Assembly: GCA_964534625.1 (NCBI GenBank)
Contig: CAZHRF010000010.1
Coordinates: forward strand, 1 to 64,000
Direction of reading: 5' to 3'
Source: an uncultured archaeon
GTDB lineage: Archaea > Asgardarchaeota > Heimdallarchaeia > Heimdallarchaeales > Heimdallarchaeaceae
Length of the DNA stretch: 64,000 bases
A model generated the notes under the pieces. It was not told the origin of the DNA, searched no databases, and was given only the letters and a program-made list of their open reading frames with translations. Of the stretch, positions 18,039-28,137 are shown piece after piece; positions within the stretch are counted from its first letter, which is position 1, and each line of letters starts with the position of its first letter. Made by a program: the position numbers and the translations under genes.

Positions 18039-18977
18039 ATGTCTGGTACTGAATCAAGGGTGACAGTTGCTAAGAAAGGAAAACAAGAGATCAAGATTCC
18101 ATTAAAAAAACTTAAACAACTAGAAATCTTAGCTAAACATAAATCAACGAGTTTCTTACAAGGTCACCGGAGATCAATTTTTAGAGGACCAGGAACAGAG
18201 TTTACTGATTTAAGAGAATACGTCGAAGGTGATGATCTCCGTTTTGTAGATTGGAATGCTTCTGCACGAAAACCCAAGGAACTAATTGTAAGAAATTATG
18301 AACAAGAACGAAACATGAATATCATTCTTATGATGGATACCAGCTATTCTATGCAACTAGGTGATCCAATCCCAAGATTAAAAATGGGCGTTGAAGCAGT
18401 TGCTACATTAGCTTATACTGTTATGAATAACAGAGACAATTTTGGATGGATATCATTTTCAGATAGAATACATAATATTATCCCTCCAAGAGGAGGTAAA
18501 ACACATTTATACCATATATTCAGTGAAATGTTAAAAATCTCACCTATGGGTAAAACTGAGATAGGAAAGACATTACGGGAGATTGCTTTGGCACAGAAAA
18601 AAAGAGCGATAATACTTATTCTCTCTGATCTTCACAGCAACTTAAAAGAAGCAATGGAAGGTTTCAAAGTCGCTAATGCAAAAAAACACGAGGTTAAATT
18701 AATTCACATTCATGATCCTGAAGAATACTTATTTCCAAAGAATCCTCGTCAGGTTAAATTTGAAGACCCAAAAACAGGGGAAATGAGAGTCGTCAACTTC
18801 AAAAATTTGTTGGAACGTGGAAGATACATGTATGAAATTGGCCTTCAAATTAAAGAGATTAATGAATTTAAAAGGAAAATACGTGGGCTAGAAATTGATG
18901 TAATTGATGCACCAACAACCGTTCTTACAGAAAAATTATTATTGGCTTATTTTGGAAGTCGTAGGGGGAGGACTTAG
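18039..18977 (+). CDS. DUF58 / vWA-domain protein (MoxR partner)
   Basis: GTEFTDLREYVEGDDLRFVDWNASAR signature; MIDAS-like DTSYS, T and SD residues. Confidence 0.93.
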   Translation: MSGTESRVTVAKKGKQEIKIPLKKLKQLEILAKHKSTSFLQGHRRSIFRGPGTEFTDLREYVEGDDLRFVDWNASARKPKELIVRNYEQERNMNIILMMDTSYSMQLGDPIPRLKMGVEAVATLAYTVMNNRDNFGWISFSDRIHNIIPPRGGKTHLYHIFSEMLKISPMGKTEIGKTLREIALAQKKRAIILILSDLHSNLKEAMEGFKVANAKKHEVKLIHIHDPEEYLFPKNPRQVKFEDPKTGEMRVVNFKNLLERGRYMYEIGLQIKEINEFKRKIRGLEIDVIDAPTTVLTEKLLLAYFGSRRGRT

Positions 18978-18983
18978 ATAAAA

Positions 18984-20837
18984 ATGAAATATACTAGAAA
19001 ACTTACAGCTAATCTGTTGATTATTTTAGTTATATTAAGTTCAGTTTCTGTTGTAATTACCACATCAATTAAAGTTACTGCGGGAAGTAGTAGTTCTGGA
19101 GATGTTCCACCACCGTCTGGGGGAAATGGGGATACAAGTGGAGGAGGAGCAGCGGGTGGCATGTACTTTAATTATCGGATACCCCTTATATTTAAGGAGG
19201 GGGAATTTGGTCCAAGCATTGTCACCATTACAGTGGTACAGAATGGTACAGCCTTATTCTTTAACTTTATATCACCAAAATATGGTAACCAAACCACGCT
19301 ATTTAGTGGTGAACCACTGGTATTAAATCCAAAAAATGAACCTGAATTAACAAATGGTTCTTTGATTCAATCAACTGGTCCACTTCAAATAAATGTTTAC
19401 CACTCCTCTAAATCTGAATTATATGACGATAGTTACTCTTATTCAGTTTTAGTTATGTCAATGTGGGGAAGACTTTATCAGTCACCTTTTGACAACATAA
19501 AAGCAAAAATCATGGCAGGTTTTAATAATACAGAAATACAGATTAATCACCCCGATTCAGATATACAAGAAGAAAACCTTGATACCATTGGAGATAGTCT
19601 TGATGTTACTTTATTTAAAGGCTCGATTATTGAAGCAAATGGTCCAATAGGGGTAGTTTTATACAATATGAGCACCACTACTGGTACTTTTGCCTTTACA
19701 TCTATCCCTAAATACCTTTGGGGAACAGAATATTCATTATCCTCGATTCCTGAAAGTCAAAATATAGTAGGATTAACTGATAACTCTGCATATGCTATTT
19801 CGACAATTAATGAGATGGGAACAATCTTTTTTACAGATATCTATGAAGAGATCAACACTCAAACGATTGCTATTAACGAAACTATTTCATTATCTGCGTC
19901 TCTTGATGATAACTATTATGAGAAAGCCATTTCTACATCCGCCAATTATTCAATTACACTATGTTATGATTATGAGATTAACGACACTAGACACAAATCA
20001 GCCTTTCAGTTTATTTCACCAGATAATATGAAATGGGCAGAATTATATTATACATCAGTTGACCAGAGTCATAATTTGCTAAGATCAATATTTGTGAGTG
20101 ATAACACGACAGTAATTCCATTCGCTCTCTACGATAATGGTACTCAGATAGCTTTTGGCGATCCTGTATCAGGAGACATAGGTACTTTCATTACGTTTGG
20201 TGCAGATATACCATTTGGTTTATATGCAGAGGGATATTTATTTAGTTATATTTTTTCAGAAGCACCTGAAAGATTTAACTGGAATAGCACAGCTCATCTA
20301 TTATATCCCTTGAATTTATACTCTTATATTGATAATACTTCTACATCTTTTCCTTCTTGGTATAGATTTCCAGATTTAAATGTGAGAAGAATGGAGATTT
20401 ATCCTGAAAATCCTACCGAACTCAGAAATTTAAAATTGGACATAATAATTCAGAATAATGGAACCATTCCTTGCGCACCGTTTTATACAACAGTTTTCAT
20501 CAACGATACTCTAAGAATACATAAAAAAATTGATGGGTTGGATATAAATGAAACATTTTCTATACCCTATGAACAGTTTCAAGGATTTGGTATAAAAACG
20601 TGGAATGTCTCTGTTTATGTTGATTCTCGAAATCAAATCTTTGAATTAGCAGAATTCAATAATTCATATGAAATGATGGTGGTTATATCTCGTAATTGGA
20701 ATATTATCTATATTGGTATAGCTGTTCTAGTTATTAGTCTTAGTATATCTGTTTTTGTGATCATTAAAAAGGCTATAAAAAAGAGAAGAGAAAGCAAAAA
20801 TAGATATGACATGATTTTTAGTGAGGTTGAAGTCTAA
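18984..20837 (+). CDS. Surface protein: IgGFc-binding-like beta region + CARDB (Ig-like) domain + C-terminal TM
   Basis: Signal peptide, G/S-rich linker, repeated WG-x-x-Y motifs, PDLNV...IQNNG...VDSRNQIFELAEFNN CARDB signature, TM plus basic tail, many sequons. Confidence 0.75.
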   Translation: MKYTRKLTANLLIILVILSSVSVVITTSIKVTAGSSSSGDVPPPSGGNGDTSGGGAAGGMYFNYRIPLIFKEGEFGPSIVTITVVQNGTALFFNFISPKYGNQTTLFSGEPLVLNPKNEPELTNGSLIQSTGPLQINVYHSSKSELYDDSYSYSVLVMSMWGRLYQSPFDNIKAKIMAGFNNTEIQINHPDSDIQEENLDTIGDSLDVTLFKGSIIEANGPIGVVLYNMSTTTGTFAFTSIPKYLWGTEYSLSSIPESQNIVGLTDNSAYAISTINEMGTIFFTDIYEEINTQTIAINETISLSASLDDNYYEKAISTSANYSITLCYDYEINDTRHKSAFQFISPDNMKWAELYYTSVDQSHNLLRSIFVSDNTTVIPFALYDNGTQIAFGDPVSGDIGTFITFGADIPFGLYAEGYLFSYIFSEAPERFNWNSTAHLLYPLNLYSYIDNTSTSFPSWYRFPDLNVRRMEIYPENPTELRNLKLDIIIQNNGTIPCAPFYTTVFINDTLRIHKKIDGLDINETFSIPYEQFQGFGIKTWNVSVYVDSRNQIFELAEFNNSYEMMVVISRNWNIIYIGIAVLVISLSISVFVIIKKAIKKRRESKNRYDMIFSEVEV

Positions 20838-23017
20838 TGGATAATGAGAGTACACAATTCCAGAAAAACACTAAAAAAGAAGAATCCTTTGTACCATTAG
20901 ACATTATTCTCAGTAGAGACTTGATATTTATGGAATGGGGGGTTAGATTTGGTTCACAGATTTTAGGATTAATATTAGGCATCGTATTAGGATACATTTT
21001 TGGCATTAATATGTGGATGGGAATGACGGGAGAATCTGAGGCATTAAAAACTTATGCTATTATTGAAATAGCTATAGGGCTGTGTTTTATCGGCTTTTCC
21101 ATATATTATACACAAAAAATGGGTGTAAAAATTAATTTCAAAAAAGACTTGGCTCACAATAAGTTATATATTCTCAAAATCTTATTATTTTCTTTATCGT
21201 GGATACTTGGTCTTTCATTTATTTACAATTCATATGTTGCTCCATGGGCAACAAAAGTTTCTGGTGCTGATGATTCTCAAACAGGTAATGGAGGAGAAAA
21301 TGCAGACTTTGAAATTGACTTAGGGTCCACAAATGATTTTCTATTATATGTTTTTGCCATTTTCATTGTTGTAGCTTTGACTGCCATTCTATATGCAGGA
21401 TTATTATATGGAATAAATAAAAAAATAAAAACGCAAAACGGTGTTGCTGTACTGCTACCAACGATTCTACTTACATTTCTATTTCTTTCCCCACCACTAC
21501 TGCCTTCTGCCTTCTTAGATTACTTATTTACTGAAAAATTTCCGATTTTTTTCATGCAGCTTATATTCTTTTTTTTACTTGCATTTATAGCTATGCTCAG
21601 TTATCACCTAAGTGGTAGAATTGAAATTGCAATAATTACAACCTTTTTAGCTTTTTCCCTAAATTATGGTTCTCCATCTACTTTACTTAATGCTGCTATT
21701 ATTATAAAATGGGGTTTCCCTAATTATAGTGACGGTGTTACGACAATTCAAGACGTCATATTTCGAACTATAGATTATAGCCAAATAGTGGGTTTATTTG
21801 GAATGATTGTGTTTCCGATAATCTTCTATCAAGATACAATTAATTTTGGAAAGAGAGCATTAGAAACTGTCAAAAAACAATTACTCCCTATCACAGTCTT
21901 TTTTATCGCCAATTTCGTCATTGAAATTATTATATCATTTCTTGCCAATCTCTTATCTTTCTTTTTCTATTTAATAGCTTTTATAATTATAGTCTCTGTA
22001 GTCAACTCAATCATTTCATCTAAATATGGTAAAAAAAGTTATACTGCGCTTTTACAAACATTAGAATCTGCAGTAAAAATTAATGAACCTCTTATCCCTT
22101 CATTTGATAAACGCATTGAATTGCTTGAGACTAATGAAAGTAAAAAAGAAAAAACCTTCCTGATTTTGAACACATTATTATCTGTAGTTGTTTATTTTGT
22201 ACTCGTGTACATTACAACTGCAATAACAAATCAAAACAGCCTTTGGGAAGTTTTATTTTTCATCTTTATTCTCCCTTTAGCAATTGCTTTCTCTAGTTTT
22301 GCTACGACTTTTTTCTTTAAAAGGGATCCGTTAATCAAAAATTATTACTCATATCCTGTAAAAGCAGTATCAATTGCTTCATTAATCGTTTTTTATATCG
22401 TGAGTTTTAATCGTTTAGTCTATACAAATGTTGGATTATTTCCTCTTTTTGCTTTATTTTTTGGAGTTTTAATATATATTCCAATCAAAACAAGAAAAAG
22501 CATAGGCGAACTAATTTTGTATCTAGCAAGCGAAGAAAGGGCGAGAACCATAAAGAAACTAGACATGAAAGAAAAGAAAGAATTAAATTTAGTCGAAGAA
22601 AAATTATATGAAACACCAATATTTTTACAATCAATTTTAGTTATTCTTTTATCTAAAAAAGGGAGTTCTGCAGAATTATTGACTGTTTTGGATACATTGT
22701 TGAAGAGCTCTTTTGAAACAAATAGAGCTATCGCAAGTTTATGCTTACTTTACTTGAACAATCAAGAATCAAGAGATCGTTTAATTGATCTATTGGAAAA
22801 TGATAAAGAAAATCAAGTCCGAGAAAGTATTGCCTATGGGTTCAGGTATACCAAGCATAGACTCGATGAAGAGTTGTTTAAGCGATTAATTGATTCTCAG
22901 CATTATGAAGAAAATCCACAAGTTCTAGAAACTTTAAAAGAGACAATAGGCATTTTAGAACAACGTTTTGCACGTAATAAAGAAGAAAAAGAATTGGAAG
23001 AAATTTTTATTGATTAA
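20837..23017 (+). CDS. Large polytopic membrane protein with C-terminal HEAT-like repeats
   Basis: TAATG coupling; about 14 TM segments; LLENDKENQVRESIAYGF HEAT pattern. Confidence 0.8.
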   Translation: MDNESTQFQKNTKKEESFVPLDIILSRDLIFMEWGVRFGSQILGLILGIVLGYIFGINMWMGMTGESEALKTYAIIEIAIGLCFIGFSIYYTQKMGVKINFKKDLAHNKLYILKILLFSLSWILGLSFIYNSYVAPWATKVSGADDSQTGNGGENADFEIDLGSTNDFLLYVFAIFIVVALTAILYAGLLYGINKKIKTQNGVAVLLPTILLTFLFLSPPLLPSAFLDYLFTEKFPIFFMQLIFFFLLAFIAMLSYHLSGRIEIAIITTFLAFSLNYGSPSTLLNAAIIIKWGFPNYSDGVTTIQDVIFRTIDYSQIVGLFGMIVFPIIFYQDTINFGKRALETVKKQLLPITVFFIANFVIEIIISFLANLLSFFFYLIAFIIIVSVVNSIISSKYGKKSYTALLQTLESAVKINEPLIPSFDKRIELLETNESKKEKTFLILNTLLSVVVYFVLVYITTAITNQNSLWEVLFFIFILPLAIAFSSFATTFFFKRDPLIKNYYSYPVKAVSIASLIVFYIVSFNRLVYTNVGLFPLFALFFGVLIYIPIKTRKSIGELILYLASEERARTIKKLDMKEKKELNLVEEKLYETPIFLQSILVILLSKKGSSAELLTVLDTLLKSSFETNRAIASLCLLYLNNQESRDRLIDLLENDKENQVRESIAYGFRYTKHRLDEELFKRLIDSQHYEENPQVLETLKETIGILEQRFARNKEEKELEEIFID

Positions 23018-23027
23018 ATGGATTTAT

Positions 23028-23720
23028 TCATTCTTTTAAAATGATCCGTGCATCGACAGGAAACAGTCCGTCCTCATTTGCGATAATTGGATTGATATCC
23101 ATTTCACCTATATAATCCTTATATTCCCAAGCAAGTTTTGACAGCTGTTCGACTAATCTGGCTAACCCGTTACGGTCAACTTTTGGCATTCCTCTAAATC
23201 CATTTAGAAGATTTTGCGTTTTAATCTCATCAATTGCTGACAATGCATTGTCCTTTGATGTAGGACACATTCTAAATACTACATCCTTCAAGGCCTCAAC
23301 GAATATTCCACCGGGCCCTACAAGTATTACAGGTCCAAATGTTTTATCAATCTGTGTTCCTACAATGAGTTCTATTCCTGGTTTAACCATTTTTTCGACT
23401 AAAACACCAGCAACATCAACATCTGAGAATCGTTTCATAAAATCTTGATATATCGCTTGAACTTTTTCTTCAGTATCTAACCCTACAACAACTGCACCCA
23501 TATCAGTTTTATGTAATACTTGTGGTGACATTAACTTCATTACCACAGGTAATCCAAATTCATTAGCTGTTTTTAGTGCATCAGCTTCTGTACTAACTAT
23601 TTTAGAAGGAGGGATATTTACACCTATTTTTTTTAGAATTGTTTTAGCCTCATGTTCTAAAAGAGCGGTTCGTCCATCTTCTTTAATCTTTTCAAATATT
23701 TCTTGTATTTCATTAGTCAT
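23028..23720 (-). CDS. acdB: ADP-forming acyl-CoA synthetase beta subunit (ATP-grasp)
   Basis: EHEAK, HKTDMGAV, FGPVILVGPGGIFVE, DINP, DARI. Confidence 0.93.
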   Translation of the reverse strand: MTNEIQEIFEKIKEDGRTALLEHEAKTILKKIGVNIPPSKIVSTEADALKTANEFGLPVVMKLMSPQVLHKTDMGAVVVGLDTEEKVQAIYQDFMKRFSDVDVAGVLVEKMVKPGIELIVGTQIDKTFGPVILVGPGGIFVEALKDVVFRMCPTSKDNALSAIDEIKTQNLLNGFRGMPKVDRNGLARLVEQLSKLAWEYKDYIGEMDINPIIANEDGLFPVDARIILKE

Positions 23721-23731
23721 TCTTAAACCTC

Positions 23732-25153
23732 CTAATAAGCCTCTGGTTTTTCTCCATGTTTTTTAAGATATTTAGCATAGTCAGTAAGCATTCCTATTGC
23801 TTTTACTGCTCGTCCTGGGCTACGAAAAACGGGTATGTCTTCTGATAGTAATTTATTGAACGCATAATCAGCTTCACCTCCACCAATTAAGGCGGTTACA
23901 AAGGGTTTTTTACCTCTTTTGGCAAGATCACGAGTTACGTCAATATACTCATTTATATCTAATCCAGGAATACATGGAATACAAATATTTACAACACTAT
24001 CAACAGATGCATCATTATAAGCAGCTTCTAGCGCCTTATAATAATCGTCAGCATTTGCACTTCCTGTAATGTCAATAGGATTTGTTGTAGCATAAAAGAT
24101 AGGAAATATTTCATCTAAATGAGCTTGAACGTCAGGTGAAAAGGTAGCCAAGCTAAGATTGCAATCTGAAACCATGTCTGAAGCCATTACTCCTGCACCA
24201 CCACCATCGGTTATAATTGCCACATTATCTCCTTTAGGTAATGGTTGTGTTGCAAATGTTAGAACACAATCCTCAAGCTCATCCCACGTAATCACTCGAA
24301 TCATTCCTGCTTCAGTTAATAAATCGTCAACAATTGCATTATCAGACGACAATGCTGCGGTGTGAGAGGCTCCAGCTTTTGCACCTGCCTCAGTTCTATT
24401 CGCTTTTATACCCATAATTGGCTTTTTCAGAGAAACTTCTTTAGCCAAATTCATAAATTTCCTGCCATTTTTAAAATCTTCAATGTAAATAAGTACCATC
24501 TTAGTATCAGGATCATGACCTATATACTCAATACAATCAGCTTCATTGATATCAGATGCATTACCATATGAAATGAATTTAGATACCCATTTACCTGTTC
24601 CTAATCGGGATAATTGATCGATAAAAGCTGCACCAAAAGCACCTGATTGGGTGGATATTGAGACTTTACCAGGCTTGGGTCTTTTTAGTTTATTTTCAGG
24701 TAGAAACATAGTGTCATAACCTAATGAAGGGGCATATAAACCTAAACAATTTGGCCCTACAACATTTATGTTATATTCTTCCATGTAATTATACATTTGT
24801 TGCTGTAATTTAACACCTTCTTCACCTATTTCACTAAAACCACCAGTAGTTACAATTACATTCTTTATGCCTTTTTTTCCACATTGTTCCATTGTTTGTG
24901 GAGCATATTTGGCTGGAACAATAATAATAGCTACATCAATTTGATCTTCAATATCCAAAACCGATTTGTGGAGAGTATACATAGTACCAGCAAATTCATG
25001 TTCTCCTCCTTTTGGGTTAACAAGATATAATTTACCAGGAAAGTTCTTTGCAAAATTTTCTGCAACTACTCCACCAGGTTTTTGGGGGTTTGTTGAAGCA
25101 CCGATCACACAAAATGATTCAGCATCAAAGAATTTTTTCAATTTTGATGTCAT
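23732..25153 (-). CDS. acdA: ADP-forming acyl-CoA synthetase alpha subunit
   Basis: IGAS, GPNCLG, QSGA, SHTAAL phospho-His, NPIDI. Confidence 0.93.
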   Translation of the reverse strand: MTSKLKKFFDAESFCVIGASTNPQKPGGVVAENFAKNFPGKLYLVNPKGGEHEFAGTMYTLHKSVLDIEDQIDVAIIIVPAKYAPQTMEQCGKKGIKNVIVTTGGFSEIGEEGVKLQQQMYNYMEEYNINVVGPNCLGLYAPSLGYDTMFLPENKLKRPKPGKVSISTQSGAFGAAFIDQLSRLGTGKWVSKFISYGNASDINEADCIEYIGHDPDTKMVLIYIEDFKNGRKFMNLAKEVSLKKPIMGIKANRTEAGAKAGASHTAALSSDNAIVDDLLTEAGMIRVITWDELEDCVLTFATQPLPKGDNVAIITDGGGAGVMASDMVSDCNLSLATFSPDVQAHLDEIFPIFYATTNPIDITGSANADDYYKALEAAYNDASVDSVVNICIPCIPGLDINEYIDVTRDLAKRGKKPFVTALIGGGEADYAFNKLLSEDIPVFRSPGRAVKAIGMLTDYAKYLKKHGEKPEAY

Positions 25154-25363
25154 AGTTAATCGTATCCAATTTCATAGTTTAAATTAAAAATTTTTGCACA
25201 CATACCTATAAATTAAGAGATAGAAAAAAAGCGGTTAAAATCCTTTGAACAATAATTTACAACCGAAAACCAATTAAACATTTAATGAATCTAATACCAT
25301 TTTACATAAAAATACAGTTTACCTATGACCAAAAGATATATAGTCAGAAGTACAAATTAAATT

Positions 25364-25897
25364 ATGGCTAGAAATCGTATACTATTTGACATATTAGCTT
25401 TTATTTGTGGGATAGCTACAATTATGCTTATCGTTTTTTTGATACGGGATAGCAATAACTTTTTAGGCCTTTTAGGAGTATTGACGGGCGGATTTGTTAT
25501 GGGTTTTATAGCCTATAATAATGATGGAATCAAAATAGCTCTTTTTACAGGATTAGGTGTTTTTATTTTTGGTTTAATTACGGGTATTTTAATTATAACT
25601 GGTGTTTTGGGAGAAATGACGACGGCAGAAGGTTTACAAGGAATAGTAAATGCTATAGTTGGACCAATTATAATAATAATAGCACTTATACTTATACTTC
25701 TATCAGGTGTTATTGGAGCCATTCTCGCAATAGGTGCAGCTATTGGCGGCGCAATTGGTCAAAATATTTGGGATGATAACAAAGGAGAAGAAAAAGTCAC
25801 AGAATATCAACAAGTAAGCAATGTATGCCAATCATGTGGTGCAAAAAATCCCCCAGATAACACCTACTGTAAGGATTGTGGTAGGAAATTGAGATAA
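25364..25897 (+). CDS. Small Gly-rich membrane protein with C-terminal zinc ribbon
   Basis: 4 TM with GxxxG motifs; CQSCG-x9-CKDCG. Confidence 0.8.
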   Translation: MARNRILFDILAFICGIATIMLIVFLIRDSNNFLGLLGVLTGGFVMGFIAYNNDGIKIALFTGLGVFIFGLITGILIITGVLGEMTTAEGLQGIVNAIVGPIIIIIALILILLSGVIGAILAIGAAIGGAIGQNIWDDNKGEEKVTEYQQVSNVCQSCGAKNPPDNTYCKDCGRKLR

Positions 25898-25953
25898 AAC
25901 AATCCAAAAGCATATGAATAACTTTTTTATCACTCTTCTTTTTTATTATTTAT

Positions 25954-27129
25954 ATGAGCAAAATACCCCTATATTGGCATACTCCATATAAGCGTGAGAT
26001 TATAACAAAAATAAAAAAAATAATAGAAAATAAAATTGAATTTGAAAAAACTATTTTCTATCCTGGCGGAGGCGGGCAACCTTGTGACACAGGTTTGATG
26101 GTTTACAATGATAATTTATACACTATAAACAATGTCATTTGCGAAAATGGATCAATTTGGCATTTTTTTAATACAAAAGCGCTAACTGAACTTCACCAAG
26201 GTCAAGAAGTCTTACTAAAACTAGATTGGGAAAGACGTTATGCTTTGATGAAAGCCCATACCGCACAGCATTTGGTTTCATATTCTCTTCATTCTCTTCA
26301 TAATAGTACTACTCTGAAAGCTACTTTTGAACCGGGTAAAATAGAGATAGAAATTGATAAAGAATTGACCATCGAAGAGATTTTGCAAGCCTTAGATAAA
26401 ACAAATCGTAAAATCATAGAAGGAGGGACAGTAAAGTCTGAAATTGTATCCAAAAATACGTTTACAAAAGAATATAGTCCCAAGGTTCGAGGAAATTGTG
26501 AGGTGAACAATCACAATATCAGAATTATCATCATAGATGATTTCGATATAGTTTGTTGTGGAGGTACTCATATTAATGATTTAAATGAGATCAAAGGGAT
26601 ATTTTTAGATGAGTTTAAACATCACAAGCTTAAACTATATGTGGGTCTTGTAGAAAGCGAGACAATAAATGATAAATTGGCAAGTCTCCAAAAATTAGAA
26701 GAGATTACAACAAAGAGAGAGAATAAACTCATTGAGTTTGTCAAAAACAAAATGCTTGAAAATGAAAAACTTGAAATCAGCGAAAGTGATCTTTTAGGAT
26801 ATATATTTACGCACATAGATGCCCATACAAAAATGCTTGCTGGTGTTCCTTTTAATCACATTCATTTGCCTTATATTGGGAGAAAAACCATACAAAAAAA
26901 CCTGAGAGAAATAAGTATTCCACTTTTTCTCTCCATCTTAGGAGAAGATTCTACATTATACCTTATTTCTAATATTGAAGAAGTACATGCAAACAAAATA
27001 GCCCAAAAATTTATTGAAACAACGAACTCTAAAGGAGGAGGCAATAAAAACTTTGCACAGATTGCATTACAGAACCTTGAAACGCTTGATGTAGAAAAAT
27101 TAGTGAAAGAATTGATTGAAACTCATTAA
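25954..27129 (+). CDS. alaX: Free-standing alanyl-tRNA editing protein (AlaX, long form with DHHA1/C-Ala)
   Basis: FYPGGGGQPCDTG, HTAQH, CGGTH, C-terminal KGGG..FAQ. Confidence 0.9.
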   Translation: MSKIPLYWHTPYKREIITKIKKIIENKIEFEKTIFYPGGGGQPCDTGLMVYNDNLYTINNVICENGSIWHFFNTKALTELHQGQEVLLKLDWERRYALMKAHTAQHLVSYSLHSLHNSTTLKATFEPGKIEIEIDKELTIEEILQALDKTNRKIIEGGTVKSEIVSKNTFTKEYSPKVRGNCEVNNHNIRIIIIDDFDIVCCGGTHINDLNEIKGIFLDEFKHHKLKLYVGLVESETINDKLASLQKLEEITTKRENKLIEFVKNKMLENEKLEISESDLLGYIFTHIDAHTKMLAGVPFNHIHLPYIGRKTIQKNLREISIPLFLSILGEDSTLYLISNIEEVHANKIAQKFIETTNSKGGGNKNFAQIALQNLETLDVEKLVKELIETH

Positions 27130-27133
27130 TTAC

Positions 27134-28123
27134 TTACCAATAACTATCACTTTTTGCTGTCCAAGTATAAGTCAATGGCTTCGTTTTTTTATTTACTTGT
27201 ACTTTATTTTCATCCATTAATTTTTTGATATGTGCTTTCATATTAGCTTCAGACGCTATCCCCACATAAGGATGGTACCAGATCATCCCTATCGATTGCT
27301 CTGTACGTTCTGCAATTTCGTCTAATGAAAGATATTTTTTTTCACTCATCACATCTTCTATCGCTATTTCTGTCTCTCTAAATCCCCTTATCACATCATC
27401 AATATATGCATAGATATACTTATCTTGTTGAAACGTATCGTGTGCTGGACATAAATAAGACATTTTCGCCTTTTCAAGAAATTGGATGTTTTTCAACCAA
27501 CTCTTATAATTTCCTGAGTTATCAATAAGATAACTATAAGGTATAGCAGGATACATATTTAATGCGTCACCACAAAACATTGTTCTATTGCCAGTATAGA
27601 AATACATGGTATGTCCTTTACAATGTCCATCAAAATTTATGGCCATAATTGAAGACGAACCCAATTTGAATTTATGTCCATCCTTGAATAAAATTTCTGG
27701 TTCTATACTATCCATCTTATCAAATGGATCTCTTTTAATTGCAAAATATAACCGTTCTTTTCTTCCAAAGTTGAAATTTTCTGTTTTTAAGTAATCATTT
27801 GGAGCCTTTACGACTTCTTTGCACTTTTCATTTATTGCAACTTTTGCTTTTGGAAATTTTTTCTTAAAATTTATTATATCACCGGCAGTATCAGGATGAT
27901 AATGGGTTAAAAGAATATATTTGACATCTTTTAGGTCTTTACCCTTATCATATATTGCTTGTTCAATTTGTGAGGGTAAACCTTGAGAACGATTACCAGT
28001 ATCAATAATGGCCAATTCATCCTTACCAACTAAATACCCTTTATTATGTTCTCCTCCATCACCAAACTTTGAACTGATAACAATTAGATGATCATCAACT
28101 ATATTAATTGCATCGCTTATCAT
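27134..28123 (-). CDS. Metallo-beta-lactamase-fold protein with C-terminal winged helix
   Basis: IDTG, THYHPDT, GHCKGH, GD, PAH. Confidence 0.88.
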   Translation of the reverse strand: MISDAINIVDDHLIVISSKFGDGGEHNKGYLVGKDELAIIDTGNRSQGLPSQIEQAIYDKGKDLKDVKYILLTHYHPDTAGDIINFKKKFPKAKVAINEKCKEVVKAPNDYLKTENFNFGRKERLYFAIKRDPFDKMDSIEPEILFKDGHKFKLGSSSIMAINFDGHCKGHTMYFYTGNRTMFCGDALNMYPAIPYSYLIDNSGNYKSWLKNIQFLEKAKMSYLCPAHDTFQQDKYIYAYIDDVIRGFRETEIAIEDVMSEKKYLSLDEIAERTEQSIGMIWYHPYVGIASEANMKAHIKKLMDENKVQVNKKTKPLTYTWTAKSDSYW

Positions 28124-28137
28124 TTAATTCACCAAAA

